From NCBI RefSeq assembly GCF_004010195.1, contig NC_057718.1, positions 14,035,001 to 14,097,033 of the forward strand: a stretch of DNA of 62,033 bases. The letters run 5' to 3'. The position numbers and the translations under genes are program-made. This document shows positions 13,931-26,477 of the stretch, one piece after another (the first letter of the stretch is position 1; each line of letters begins with the position of its first letter). The notes beneath the pieces are model-generated. The model made no database searches and was not told the origin of the DNA. It was given only the letters and a program-made list of their open reading frames with translations. This DNA is from Chiloscyllium plagiosum. Lineage: Eukaryota.

Positions 13931-14614
13931 AAACCTGAAGAATAATAGTTTTTCAAAAAATCTTTTTTGAGGGGTAATTATTTTGTATAATGAACACAGA
14001 ATTGGCCAATGAGCTACAGACATTGTCACATATAGACATACTTCAGTGATATCATTGTATTGGTTCTTAAATATAGATAAATTGCAACAGCATACTTGGA
14101 CAGCACTGACATTCAGTGACCAGATTGATTACTGCTGTGAGTGCAAGATCATATCCACACAGACCAGTTTAAATGGTACACATCTTCTATATTAAAAAAA
14201 TTGCGTTTAGATATTTTAATGTACCTCTAATTCTGCTAGTTGCTCCAAGTTGGAAGGTTGGGAGTGGGGAGGAATATAGATTTAGGAGCAATTTCAACTT
14301 GTTTTCACTGACAGTGAGATCTTTTGCATTTCTCCTATTGGGTAATGTTCCGCTCAGGCATTTTACTTGCTTTGCTTGCTCCTAGATGTCTATATTGCTC
14401 TTCTCCTCCCAGGTTCACTCAAGACCCTCTTCCATCCATGATGGTTCACTTTAAGTACATTGAGCTTTACACTGTTCCTTCAACATTGGCTCACTTAAGT
14501 ACTCCAGCTGTGTCTCCTACCTCACAGTGGTTTGTAATAATGTTCCACATTCTTCCAGCCTCGTCCATACAACTTTCTTTGGGTCTGTGCCCAACTGCTA
14601 TTGCCATTGTTTTT

Positions 14615-15660
14615 TGAGGGTGCTGGTGAGGGGTCGTTTTTCAGACTGGAGACCTGTGACCAGTGGTGTGTGTCAAGGATGGTGCTGTGTGCACTGCCTT
14701 TCGTCATTTATATGAATGATTTGGATGTGAAGATGGGAGGTATGGTTAGTAAGTTTACAGATGACAACAAAATTAGACGTGTAGTGGACAGTAAAAAAGG
14801 TTACCTCAGGGTACAATGGGATCTTGATCAGATGGGTCAATGAGCCAAAGAGTGGCAGATGGAGTTTAATTTCGATAAGTGTTAGGTGCTGCATTTTGGA
14901 AAGGCAAATGAGGTTAGGACTTATACACTTAATGGTAAGGTCTTGAGGAGTGTTGTTTAACAAAGAGACCTTGGAGTGCAGGTTCATAGTTCCTTGAATG
15001 TGGAGTCGCAGGTAGCTAGAATAGTGAAGAAGGCATTTGGATGCTTTCCTTTATTGGTCAGAGCATTGAGTACAGGAGTTGGGAGGTCATGTTGTGGTTG
15101 TACAGTACATTGGTTAGGCCACTTTTGGAGTATTGTGTGCAGTTCTGGTCTCCCTCCTATCAGAAGGATGTTGTGAAACTTGATAGGGTTCATAAAAGAT
15201 TTACAAGGATGTTGGCAGGGTTGGATGGTTGGAGCTATATGGACCAACTGAATAGGCTGGGGCTGTTTTCCCTGGAGTGTCAGAGGCTGAGGAGTGACCT
15301 TACAGAGGTTTATAAAATCATGAGTGGCATGGATAGAGTAAATAGACAACGTCTTTCCTCTGGGGTGGGGGAGTCCAAAACTAGAAGGTGAGAGGGGAAA
15401 GATTTAAAAGGGACCTAAGGGGCAGCTTTTTCACACAGATGGTAGTGCGTGTATGGAATGAGCTGCCAGAGGAAGTGGTGGAGGCTGGTACAATTACAAC
15501 TTTTAAAAGGCATGTGGATGGGTATATGAATAGGAAGTGTTTAGTGGGATATGGGCCAAATGCTGGCAAATGGGACTAGATTAGTTTAGCATATCTGGTC
15601 AGCATGGACCAGTTGGACTGAAGGGTCTGTTTATGTGCTTTACATCTCTATAATTCTGTG
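14615..15660 (+). mobile_element. CR1 LINE 3' part (RT to 3' UTR)
   Basis: FSDWRPVTSGV, KFTDDNK, RPLLEYCVQFWSP, VWNELPEEVVEAG. Confidence 0.95.
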
Positions 15661-15849
15661 ACTTTATTCTGTTCTGTTCCATGATGCTGCATTCTTTGGA
15701 TCTGTGCAGTCCTGCACATGGCCATGCTGAAAGTGCTGAATCTCATTGTAAATCTATAGCCTCCATATTGAACTGTCTTTATCTTGAGGGTCATTTTGCC
15801 AGAATGAAGAAGGTTATTAAGAACCATGCACCAGGTTCCTCTGAATGGC

Positions 15850-16030
15850 ACTTTTAACCACGTCCAAGCCTACATGCTTGCCTTGTTTCACTGGGTGGCT
15901 TTCTCCTGCCTTCTGTAAACAGGACATCCCTCCTCTCTCTTATTGCCTCCAGTAATGTTTCACGTTCCGAATCCTTGAAGCAAGGGACAGCCCTTCTCCA
16001 TGTGGCAGGCATTTTCTCCTGGTCAGCTGC
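15850..16030 (-). mobile_element. Harbinger-associated Myb/SANT-like gene relic
   Basis: RRAVPCFKDSERETLLEAIRERRDVLF...RQA resembles the R.P.FS..E...L...V..R..VLF start of MSANTD/NAIF1-type domains. Confidence 0.5.
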
Positions 16031-16059
16031 AAGCTCTACTCCAAACCACACACTATCCT

Positions 16060-16250
16060 GACTCAGAAGTATATCGTCGAACCTTCATTGTCACTGGATG
16101 AAAATCCTGGAATTTCCTCCTTAATGGCATTGTGGATCCACCTACAGTATGTAGATTGCAGCGCTTCAAGTAAACAGCTCATAACCACCTTCTGAAGGGC
16201 AGCTAGGAAAAAGCAATAAATGTTGATCAGCCAGTAATGTCCCGCTGGAG
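16060..16250 (+). mobile_element. 3' tail of Crack/L2-group LINE
   Basis: aaaatcctggaattt...gcagcgcttcaag...accaccttctgaagggcagctagg...caataaatg. Confidence 0.7.
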
Positions 16251-17027
16251 AGTAAAAAAAACTGGAACCAGTGTGCTTCCAAACAGTTGGCATGATAATG
16301 GCTGCTGTGATGCCTTTAAATTGGACCCATATTTCAGAAGCCCTAACTCCATCCCACATTACGAATTATTAATTGGACACGAAAGCTTCCCTCAGCCGCT
16401 TATGTGAAAATCATAGATAGTGGGACTAGCTCCCCTTGACACTTCCTCTGGTGCAGAATTGGGATTCAAAAATGGTTCTGACATTGGTTTCCCTACCCTG
16501 AATGCAATACCCTGCCCACAGTGATCCCATTTTACCATCATTATAATTGAAAACAGGTTGAAGTTTTCTCCTCTGGAAACTATCTGGTCCTTGAAACATA
16601 CTAATTACCACAGGCTTACGACATTACACAAGAGCCTGTGGAAAATGCATATCATTTACATTGCCTGTATGTGGGTCAGTGTGCTGACAGCAATGATCAA
16701 ATTAACCACCAAGTGTCAGTGTATTCCATGTTTTTGCTGCTGCATGATGACATTTGTATTCAGGAACCTACTACTTACTTGTCAGCACCGAGCCCAGTTT
16801 TTGAATGTCATTGTGTACCTTACCCCCAAGTTCTCTTCCCGTTCTAGTTTCAAAACCTCTGCCTCCCTACTACTTCTCCTACAGTTAACTTAATCCACTC
16901 CCTCTTGACCTGAACCTGCTATGTCTTACCTGTTTAAATCATACACCACTGTACAGCCTAACATCCCGGTGCAGACCTCAGCCACTGGCGTCCTTCCATG
17001 TAAATAAGAGCCTCTGCCTTCTCTCAT

Positions 17028-18882
17028 TTATGCAAACTGGATTGTATTCTGGACACATCAGGACAATAAATCTAGAAATCGTCCAGCTATTATAGACTAT
17101 TTTTCCTGTTTAAGATGTCTGTCTCCTCACATTCCCTTAGCTGCTCCCTGACTCCTCCTACACACATTGGATTCCATTCCAGAATGTCTCTCCAACACCA
17201 AGAAAAAATGAGGTATACGTAAGAAATGGAAACAGGGAGAAGTGAAGATCTTCAGAAAGAGCAACATAGGAGAAGTGTGTTTTTTTTTGTTATATTTATA
17301 TTGTATAAGCTAGCAATGTGTGAAAATTGTAACATTCTGGGGACTTGGTGGACCAATATTAGCTGCATTCTAGTTTCACAACTAGTTGCTATTCAATTCT
17401 GCTTAGCAACAGGGATGGGGCTTGTTGTACGGTTTTCATAGGTCTCTCAAACATTCAAGGTCTAGAGCCAGTTAGAGTTAAGAGAGTGTGTGAGCATATG
17501 CCCTGCAGCGACCCATGCAGCAGGCAGGCTGTGTAATTATGATGCTGAGAAGGTGACTGAAGGCCACTGGTTCTGTGTAGGTAAGGCTCAGGAGGAAGTC
17601 CCAGAGCTTTTTGATAGTTTGGTGCAGGTAAGATTCATGTGAAGTCCTAGCAGCTGTGGGGAGTTGGAAGAACCCTGTGAATCATTAATATTCATTGCAG
17701 TAGAGAGTGGGATGCAAAAGCCCACAAGCAGTGGTGTACTATGTAGCTGAGCAAGCTTACAGCTAGAAGCTGGATAAATGCGAGGTATTGCATTTTGATA
17801 CAACAAACAAGGGTAGAGCTTATACAATTAATATTAGGGCCTTGGGTAGTATTGTAGAACAGAGGGACCGAGGGGTCCAGGTACATAATTCTTTGAAGTA
17901 TGCCTCACGTGTAGACAGGGTGGTTAAAAAGGCTTGGCACGCTTATGCAAACTGGATTGTATTCTGGACACATCAGGACAAAAATCTAGAAATCGTCCAG
18001 CTATTATAGACTTTCATCATAAGCATTGACTACTTTTCCTGTTTAAGATGTCTGTATCCCCACATTCCCTTAGCTCCTCCCTGACTCCTCCTACACACAT
18101 TGGATTCCATTCCAGAATGTCTCTCCAACACCAAGAATAAATATGAGATATACGTAAGAAATGGAAACAGGGAGAAGTGAAGATCTTCAGAAAGGGCAAC
18201 ATAGGAGAAGTGTGTCTTTTTTGTTATATATTTATATTGTATAAGCTAGCAATGTGTGAAAATTGTAACATTCCGGAGACTTGGTGGTCCAATATTAGCT
18301 GCATTTTAGTTTCACAACTAGTTATTATTCAATTCTGCTTAGCAACAGGGATGGGGCTTGTTGTACGGTTTTCATAGGTCTCTCAAACATTCAAGATCTA
18401 GAGCCAGTTAGAGTTAAGAGAGTGTGTGAGCATATGTCCTGCAGCGACCCATGCAACAGGCAGGCTGTGTAATTATGATGCTGAGAAGGTGACTGAAGGC
18501 CACTGGTTCTGTGTAGTTAAGGCTCAGGAGGAAGTCCCAGAGCTTTTTGATAGTTTGGTGCAGGTAAGATTCATGTGAAGTCCTAGCAGCTGTGGGGAGT
18601 TGGAAGAACCCTGTGAATCATTAATATTCATTGCAGTATAGAGAGTGGGATGCAAAAGCCCACAAGCAGTGGTGTACTATGTAGCTGAGCCAGCTTACAG
18701 CTGGAAGCTGGATAAATGCGAGGTATTGCATTTTGATACAACAAACAAGGGTAGAGCTTATACAATTAATATTAGGGCCTTGAGTAGTATTGTAGAACAG
18801 AGGGACCGAGGGGTCCAGATACGTAATCCTTTGAAGTATGCATCACGTGTAGACAGGGTGGTTAAAAAGGCTTGGCACGCTT
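17028..18882 (+). repeat. Direct tandem duplication of ~0.92 kb (17028-17942 and 17943-18882)
   Basis: Both units start ttatgcaaactggattgtattctggacacatcagg and end ggttaaaaaggcttggcacgc; near-identical with scattered SNPs and a 19-nt indel near 18012-18030. Confidence 0.95.
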
Positions 18883-19097
18883 GCCTTCATTGCTCAGTCC
18901 TTGGGTACAGGTGTTGGTAAGTCATATTTAGGTTTACAGGACATTGGTGAGGCCTCTTCTGGAATACTGTGTCCAGTTCTGGTTGCCCAGTTATAGGAAG
19001 GATATTTTTAAGCTGGAGAAGGTTCAGAAGAGATTTACCAGAATGCTCCTGGGTTTGGAAGGTTTGAGTTATAAAGAAAGGCTGGATAGGCTGGGAC

Positions 19098-19937
19098 AGT
19101 TGAGAAGTGGCAGATGGAGTTTAATTCAGATAAATGCGAGGTGCTGCATTTTGGGAAAGCAAATCTTAGCAGGACTTATACACTTAATAGTAAGGTCCTA
19201 GGGAGTGTTGCTGAACAAAGAGACCTTGGAGTGCAGGTTCATAGCTCCTTGAAAGTGGAGTCGCAGGTAGATAGGATAGTGAAGAAGGCAGTTGTTATGC
19301 TTTCCTTTATTGGTCAGAGTATTGAGTACATGAGTTGGGAAGTCATGTTGCGGCTGTACAGGACATTGGTTGGGCCACTGTTGGAATATTGCATGCAATT
19401 CTGGTCTCCTTCATGTCGGAAATATGTTGTGAAACTTGAAAGGGTTCAGAAAAGATGTACAAGGATGTTGCCAGGGTTGGAGAATTTGAGCTATATAGAG
19501 AGGCTGAACAGGCTGAGGCTGTTTTCCCTGGAGCGTTGGCGGCTGAGGGGTGACCTTATAGAGGTTTACAAAATTATGAGGGGCATGGATAGGATGAATA
19601 GACAAAGTCTTTTCCCTGGGTTCGGGGAGTCCAGAACTAGAGGGCATAGGTTTATGGTGAGAGGGGAAAGATATAAAAGAGACCTAAGGGGCAACCTTTT
19701 CACGCAGAGGGTGCTACGTGTATGGAATGAGCTGCCAGAGGATGTGGTGGAGGCTGGTACAACTGCAACATTTAAGAGGCATTTGGATGGGTATATGAAT
19801 AGGAAGGGTTTGGAGGGATATGTGCCGGGTGCTGGCAGGTGGGACTAGATTAGGTTGGGATATCTGGTCGGCGTGGACAGGTTGGACCGAAGGGTCTGTT
19901 TCCATGCTGTACATCTCTGTAACTCTATGACTCTATG
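19098..19937 (+). mobile_element. Young CR1 3' fragment nested in CR1
   Basis: Uninterrupted 244-codon ORF 19114-19848 to the CR1 stop; complete 3' UTR with tatgactc repeats. Confidence 0.95.
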
Positions 19938-20191
19938 AGGTTGAGAGGTGACCTAATAGAAGTTTATAAAATAATGAGAGGTATTGATAGAGTTAATGGT
20001 AGGTATCTTTTCCCTAGGATGGGGGATTTCCAGACTAGGGAGCATATTTTTAAGGGGAGAGGGGAGAGGTTTTAAAAAGACATGGGGGGGCAAATCTTTT
20101 ACACAGAGGGTGGTCCATGTGCGGAATGAACTTCCTGAGGAAGTGGTGGTTTTGAGTACAGTTGCAATGTTTAAGTGACATTTGGATAAGT

Positions 20192-23159
20192 TCTGGATGT
20201 AGGTTTGCTCACTGAGCTGGAAAGTTCGTTTTGAGACATTTCGTCACTATACCAGGTAACATCAGTGAGCCTCCAGGTGAAGCACTGTTGGCATGGCCCA
20301 CTTTCTATGTATGTGTTTAGGTTTCCTTGGGTTGGTGATGTCATTTCCTGTGATGATATCATTTCCTGTTCTTTTTCTCAGGGGGTGGTAAATGGGATCA
20401 AAGTCAATGTGTTTGGTGATAGAGTTCTGGTTGGAATGCCATACTTCTAGGAATTCTTGTGCATGTCTCTTTTGGCTTCTCTGAGGATGGATGTGTTGTC
20501 CCAGCCGAGGTAGTGTTCTTCCTCATCTGTATGTAAGGATACTAATGACAGTATGTCTTTTTATGGCTAGTTGATGTTCATGTGTCCTGGTGGCTAGTTT
20601 TCTGCCTGTTTGTCCAATATAGTGTTTGTTACAGTTTTTGCAAGATATTTTGTAAATGACATTAGTTTTGCTTGTTGTCTGTATAGGGTCTTTCAAGTTT
20701 ATTAGCTGCTGTTTTAGTGTGTTGGTGGGTTTGTGGGCTACCATGATGCCAAGAGTTCTGAGTAGTCTGGCAGTCATATTCGAGATGTCTTTGATGTAGG
20801 GGAAGTGGCGAGGTTTTCTGGACAAATTTTGTCTGTTTGTTGGGGTTTGTTGCTGAGAAATCGGTGGACTGTGTTCATTGGGTACCTGTCCTTTTTGAAT
20901 ATACTGTAGAGGTGATTTTCCTTTGCACTGCATAGGTCCTCTCTGCTGCAGTGTGTGATGGCTCATTGAAATAATGTTCTAATGCAGCTTTGTTTGTGGA
21001 TGTTGGGATGATTACCTCTGTAGTTCAGTATTTAGTCAGTATGTCTGGCAGCAAATTTATTTAGTCAGTATGTGTTGTTTTCCTGTAGACGCTGGTTTGA
21101 AGTTCCCCATTGGCTGTTCGCTCTACTGCAACATCTAGAACTGGCAGTTTGTTGTTGATTTCCTCCTCTTCAGTGAATTTTATGCCAGTAAGCGTATTAT
21201 TGATGGTCTTGGAGGTTTCCTCTAACTTGTTTCGTTTTGTGATGTCAAAGGTAGTTTGGGTTGGATGGTTGGCAGAACTGTTTGTTTGAGTCTCTGCATT
21301 ACTGCCTCTGCTAGGAACCCTGATATCTGAGGTCCCATTGGTGTTCCGTTGGTTTGTCTGTAGGTTTTGTTGTTGAAGGTGAAGTGGGTGGTAAGGCATC
21401 GGTCCACGAGCTTGACGACATTGTCCTTGCTGATGAAGTTGGTGTTGTTTCCTGTATGAGTCTTTGGTTCTTCTAATAATGTAGTGAGTGTTTCCTTGGC
21501 CAGGTTGATGTTGATGAATGTGAACAGGGCTGTTATGTCAAAGGAGACCATTATTTCATCCTCTTCTATCTTAATGTCTTTGATGGTCTTCTGGAATTCT
21601 ATAGACAAACCAATAGAACACCCATGGGATCTCCGATATCAGGGTTCTTATCAGAGGCAGTAATGCAGAGACTTGAACAAACAGTTCTGTCAACTATTCA
21701 ACCCAAACTTTGCATCCGCTACGTGGATGACACCTTTGAAGACCATCAAAGACATTAAGATAGAAGAGGATGAAATAATGGTCTCCTTTGACATAACAGC
21801 CCTGTTCACATTCATCAACATCAACCTGGCCAAGGAAACACTCACTACATTATTAGAAGAACCAAAGACTCATACAGGAAACAACACCAACTTCATCAGC
21901 AAGGACAATGTCGTCAAGCTCGTGGACCGATGCCTTACCACCCACTTCACCTTCAACAACAAAACCTACAGACAAACCAACGGAACACCCATGGGATCTC
22001 AGATATCAGGGTTCCTAGCAGAGGCAGTAATGCAGAGACTCAAACAAACAATTCTGCCAACCATCCAACCCAAACTACCTTTGTCATCACAAAACGAAAC
22101 AAATTAGAGGAAACCTTCAAAACCATCAATAATACCCTTACTGGCATAAAATTCACAAAAGAGGAGGAAAACAACAACAAACTACCATTCCTAAATGTCA
22201 CAGTAGAGCGAACAACAAACCAGCGTCTACAGGAAAACAACACATATTGACCAAATACTGAACTGCAGAAGTAATCATCCCAACACCCACAAACGAAACT
22301 GCATTAGAACATGGTTTCAACGAGCCACCGCACACTGCAGCTCAGAGGAACTATGCAGAGCGGAGAAAAATCAACCATACAGTATATTCAACAAGATTGG
22401 GTACTCAATAAACACAGTCCACCGACTTCTCAGCAACAAACCCCAACAAGCAGACAAAATGCGTCCAGAAACCCTAGCCACTTCCACTACATCAAAGACA
22501 TCTCGGAAATGACTGCCAGACTACTCAGACCTCTTGGCATCATGGTAGCCCACAAACTCAACAACACACTAAAACAGCAGCTAATGAACTTGAAAGGCCT
22601 GATACAGACAACAAGCAAAACTAATGTCATTTACAAAATACCTTGCAAAACCTGTAACAAACACTATGTTGGACAGACGGGCAGAAAACTAGCCACCAGG
22701 ATATATGAACATCAACTAGCCACAAAAAGACATGACTCATTCTCACTGGTATCCTTACATACAAATGAGGAAGGACATCACTTCGACTGGGACAATACAT
22801 CCATCCTAGGACAAGTCAAACAGAGACAAGCACGAGAATTCCTAGAAGCATGGCATTCCAACCAAAATTCTATCAACAAACACATTGACTTAGATCCCAT
22901 TTACCACCCTCTGAGAAAAAGATCAAAAAATGATGCCACCACAGGAAATGATGTCACCACAGGAAATGCTGTCACCAATCCAAGGAAACCTAAACACATA
23001 AATAGAAAATGGGCCATGCCACTAGTGCTTCATCCGGAGGCTCACTGATGATATTATCTAGTATGGTGATGAAACGTCTGAAAATGAACCTTCCAGCTCA
23101 GCGAGCAAATCTACATCCAGAACCTCAACCTGAGCTACAAAACTTCTTAAAACTCGCTA
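20192..23159. mobile_element. Penelope-like retroelement as an inverted head-to-head pair (minus arm 20192-~21600, plus arm ~21601-23159)
   Basis: RT motifs VSFDITALFT, GTPMGS and YVDDTF; GIY-YIG NVIYKIPCKTCNKHYVGQTGRKLATRIYEH; 12-bp TSD atttggataagt at 20180-20191 and 23160-23171. Confidence 0.93.
23042..23081 (+). ncRNA. Minimal type I hammerhead ribozyme motif in PLE pseudo-LTR
   Basis: tca-CTGATGA-t-attatc-tagtat-ggtgat-GAAA-cGTC-tga: core boxes, stem II, GUC cleavage triplet, 3-bp stem I. Activity untested. Confidence 0.65.
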
Positions 23160-23953
23160 ATTTGGATAAGTACATGGATACAAAATGTTTGGAGGGATAT
23201 GGACCAGGAGCAGGCAGGTGGGACTAGTTTAGTTTGGGATTATGTTCGGCATGGATTGGTTGGACCAAAGGGTCTATTTCCATGCTGTGTGACACTGTGA
23301 CTCGAAGAACTTGGTGAAGCTGGCTGCCTGTGAACAAACTGAAAGTGTGCCCATGAGTAGGTTCTATAGTGCAGTTTCCGGAAATCTGGAGAGTGTATTC
23401 CCAACTGGGAGAGTGAAGTACCACAACATGAGCATTTGTTGAGACTGTCCGTGAAAGGTCTGCTTTTGACAGAATTCTGAAACTAAATCTTTGAAAGAGA
23501 AAAATTAGAATCACTTGGAAAGAATTCATGAGACTTGATGTCCCATGGTTTCACTAAAGCATGGAGGGTTGCTGAGAAATCTGTGAGATCTGTCTTGACT
23601 GCATTTGTGATTTGACATTTTCTGTGGGATGCTCAGCTGCAGGTTGACTGTTACTGATATTAACCTTATGTTAATTTTGAATATTGGAACATGGGTTGTA
23701 CAACTGTATTATTGTTCTAACTTCATATGGCAAAGTTTATTTTTGTTTGTTCAAAACCATGGCATATTGTGGCTTTATTCTCTTACTAAGTTCCTGGAAT
23801 CTCAGAAGTTAGTTTAAGAAATAAGTTACAGGTCCCTAGCTGTATTGTAACATAACTTTGGTGATATGATCTGTCATAAAAATTATTTGAAGAAAGATTC
23901 AAAGTTATAGATATAGCAATGACAAAGAATGTGGGACTTGTAGAGACTTACCA

Positions 23954-24171
23954 CAGGTAGTTCTTCTATAACACGACGGTTGCGCTATTGTGCAACCCGT
24001 ATTATAGAAATATTGCACTATAGAAATAGCACTTACTGTGTCGGTGATGTAATCGTGTTACAGCTAACACATGTTTTAAGAGTTTATGCTTTAGAAACAG
24101 TGTCCCCAATTCGTCAATTGCATTACAGCGAATTCGCATGAATGAATTGAGCATTATAGCACTATGACCTG
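23954..24171. mobile_element. Tigger/pogo-like MITE
   Basis: Imperfect TIRs caggtagttcttctataa / ttatagcactatgacctg; right flank TA, left flank CA. Confidence 0.65.
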
Positions 24172-24529
24172 TACGTAATAAAAAATAGTTAGACTGGAGC
24201 AACAGAATGAACAAGAAAGTAAAGCAAAAGGACAGAGTTGGTTACAGAAAGAACCACATTTTTCATTTTTCTGTGAGCAACGCCCTATGAAATCAGTTTA
24301 AACATACATTGCTAGTTTCTGGCTGTGACTAAAACTTCAGATGATTTACAAAATATTTGAGCGTAACTATCATGGTTTTTGATGTAGATGAGATCCCTTA
24401 TTAAAAATATTGCTATTTAAGCAGCATTTCTGTGTTAAAGACATCTATAAATTTGATTATCTATCATCTGTATTTTATGAAATCCATTTATTAAATTGCA
24501 TGGCTAATCTGTTTATCTTCTGTACATAG

Positions 24530-24602
24530 GGAAATTGGCACAATAATTAGATCTCTGGGCTGTTGCCCAAGTGAAGGAGAACTTCATGAACTGTTGGCAG
24601 AG
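24530..24602 (+). CDS. EFCAB2: EFCAB2/DRC8 internal coding exon B (73 nt)
   Basis: tctgtacatag|G GAA ATT GGC...GCA GAG|gtatgc; EIGTIIRSLGCCPSEGELHELLAE; phase matches exon A. Confidence 0.95.
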
Positions 24603-26276
24603 GTATGCCAAGTTTAACTCGTACTATTCTCAAATGATATAAAATTGACATGCGTTAATTTGAGAAAACAGAGCCAGCGCAAAGCCAATTATTTACAGTT
24701 ACTGCCCGATGTGTATCTGTTCATTTGGCATAATGTAATGCAATAAATGATTAGAGGGTTCGCAATCCTTTGATTTTATCTTTTTGGACCTGACCTGAAC
24801 CTCTGGGTATTAAAGAGATAATGTTAGAAGCTAATGATAATGGCACAAAAGCCGTGCCTTCTATGTCCTTGTCCAGACCTCATCAAGACCCATGCACCCA
24901 ATGCCAATCTAAGCCCCATACCCCCCTCCATGGTCTCACACACACTCCATACCAAGTTATGCCCTCTACCCTCACCATAGCCCCTCATACACTATATGCA
25001 AAACTACGCAACCACCAGCACATGGCCTCTCATATCATCATGCCAGGCCATGATGCTGTATTCACCCAATGTATTGAACCAAATTGACACAACGTGCTAA
25101 AAAAGTTTTAAAAAATAATTTCACTTGAAACAGTCCTTTCAGTAAAGGCCAATAAACAAGTCAGTTACATAACTCCCTTTAATGATCAAAAGCAGAAAGT
25201 AAAAGCACTTGAAACATTGGGACTCAGCAATTTCAACATTCTAATGGGTGTTGGAGCTCTCAGCTAGGTCTCACCATTCATTCTTGGCTGAGGGATGTGA
25301 GCTGTGAGAGCTAAATGACCCTAACTGTTCCAGAGCCTTATAAACAGCATGTCTGGTTAACCATGAGGTCTTGTGGCTACTTCCAAACGCTTCCTAAAAT
25401 TGGCTGACTCGGCTAGTCTGCACTAACCACCCTACAATGAAAATCTTATATTTGAAGCAACTTTTTCCAAGATGGGTGTATATAGTCAGGAAATTTCTCA
25501 ATTCTCAATACTCACCCATAAGATAAAAAAACAGCCTAGTGAGCCCGTTGCTACAACACTCTCATATACTATGCAACATTCACTATTTTATATCCAGAAG
25601 TTCTGTGCATTCTAAGAAATGTATACATTACATAATCTTAAATGCACACTATTGTGCAACAAACTGAAATACCTTGTTTAATGAATAATGGAAGATTATG
25701 AAATAAACATTCTCCAAAAAGAATAAATTTATCCCTAAAATGTACAAAAGCAAGCATAAGAAGGAAAACTCAACAGGACATTTCACTTAAATATGAAATT
25801 GTTGATTCATGAAATAAATCAAATATATATGTTTGTATTGTGAATATGAAATCATTTTTATCGAGATTAAGCATTATAATTTGATTTAGCAAAAGAAAAT
25901 GCTGCAAACTACAGAAAGTTAAAAGCTTTTATTTCAGCCTCTTGGTAGTCAACTGTCATGATGTTTTCTGATAATTTAATATCAATTAAAATGGCACTTA
26001 ATTACCTACGTTATGTTTTAACAATCTGGATTATTTTGACATTTAGCTATTTTGAAAGCAATGTTGTTCACCCCCAACACTTTGACTTTGATTTATAACC
26101 TAGGTTTCAATATTGCCAGAAAAACTATATATTATCATGGAGCCATAGTGTCATACAACATAGAAATAGGCCCTTCAGTCCACTATGTATGCTGGCCAAC
26201 AAGCACCAAACTACACTAATCCCATTTACCTGCACGTGTTCCTTAGCCTATTGTGCCTTGATATTTTAAATGCTCA

Positions 26277-26477
26277 GACAACAGTGAGGACTGCAGATGC
26301 TGGAAATCAGAGTCTAGATCAGAGTGGTGCAGGAAAAGCACAGCAGGTCAGGCAGCATCTGAGGAGGAGGAAAATCAACGTTTCGGGCAAAAACCCTTCA
26401 ATGTCCGAAACATTGATTTTCCTGCTCTTCGGATGCTGTCTGACCTGCTGTGCTTTTCCAGGACCACTCTAATCTAG
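26277..26477. mobile_element. Short PLE-derived fold-back element
   Basis: ~35-nt tail plus inverted arms (tctagatcagagtggtgc...ccactctaatctaga); 14-bp TSD attttaaatgctca at 26263-26276 and 26478-26491. Confidence 0.8.

Larger units (their letters stand above)
18705..23302 (+). mobile_element. CR1 3' part in three pieces (18705-19097, 19938-20191, 23160-23302)
   Basis: Colinear CR1 C-terminal and 3' UTR sequence resumes exactly after each nested insertion (gacatttggataag|tacatgg). Confidence 0.85.
18264..23852 (+). mobile_element. Probable solo LTR split by nested insertions (pieces ~18264-18710 and ~23303-23852)
   Basis: Begins TGTAACA and ends TGTAACA; gaagctgg occurs on both sides of the nested block; no clean TSD. 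Confidence 0.4.

Noticed and set aside
19114..19848. 244-aa open ORF as a host gene
   Set aside because: C-terminal part of CR1 ORF2 in a 5'-truncated multi-copy element.
22311..23048. 245-aa GIY-YIG ORF as a functional nuclease gene
   Set aside because: Frameshifted fragment of a Penelope ORF whose RT lacks YVDD; no evidence of domestication.
24830..25560. C/A-rich low-complexity stretch (a purine-skewed stretch also at 12340-12660), possibly a non-autonomous DNA transposon
   Set aside because: I could not define TIRs, TSDs or coding motifs.
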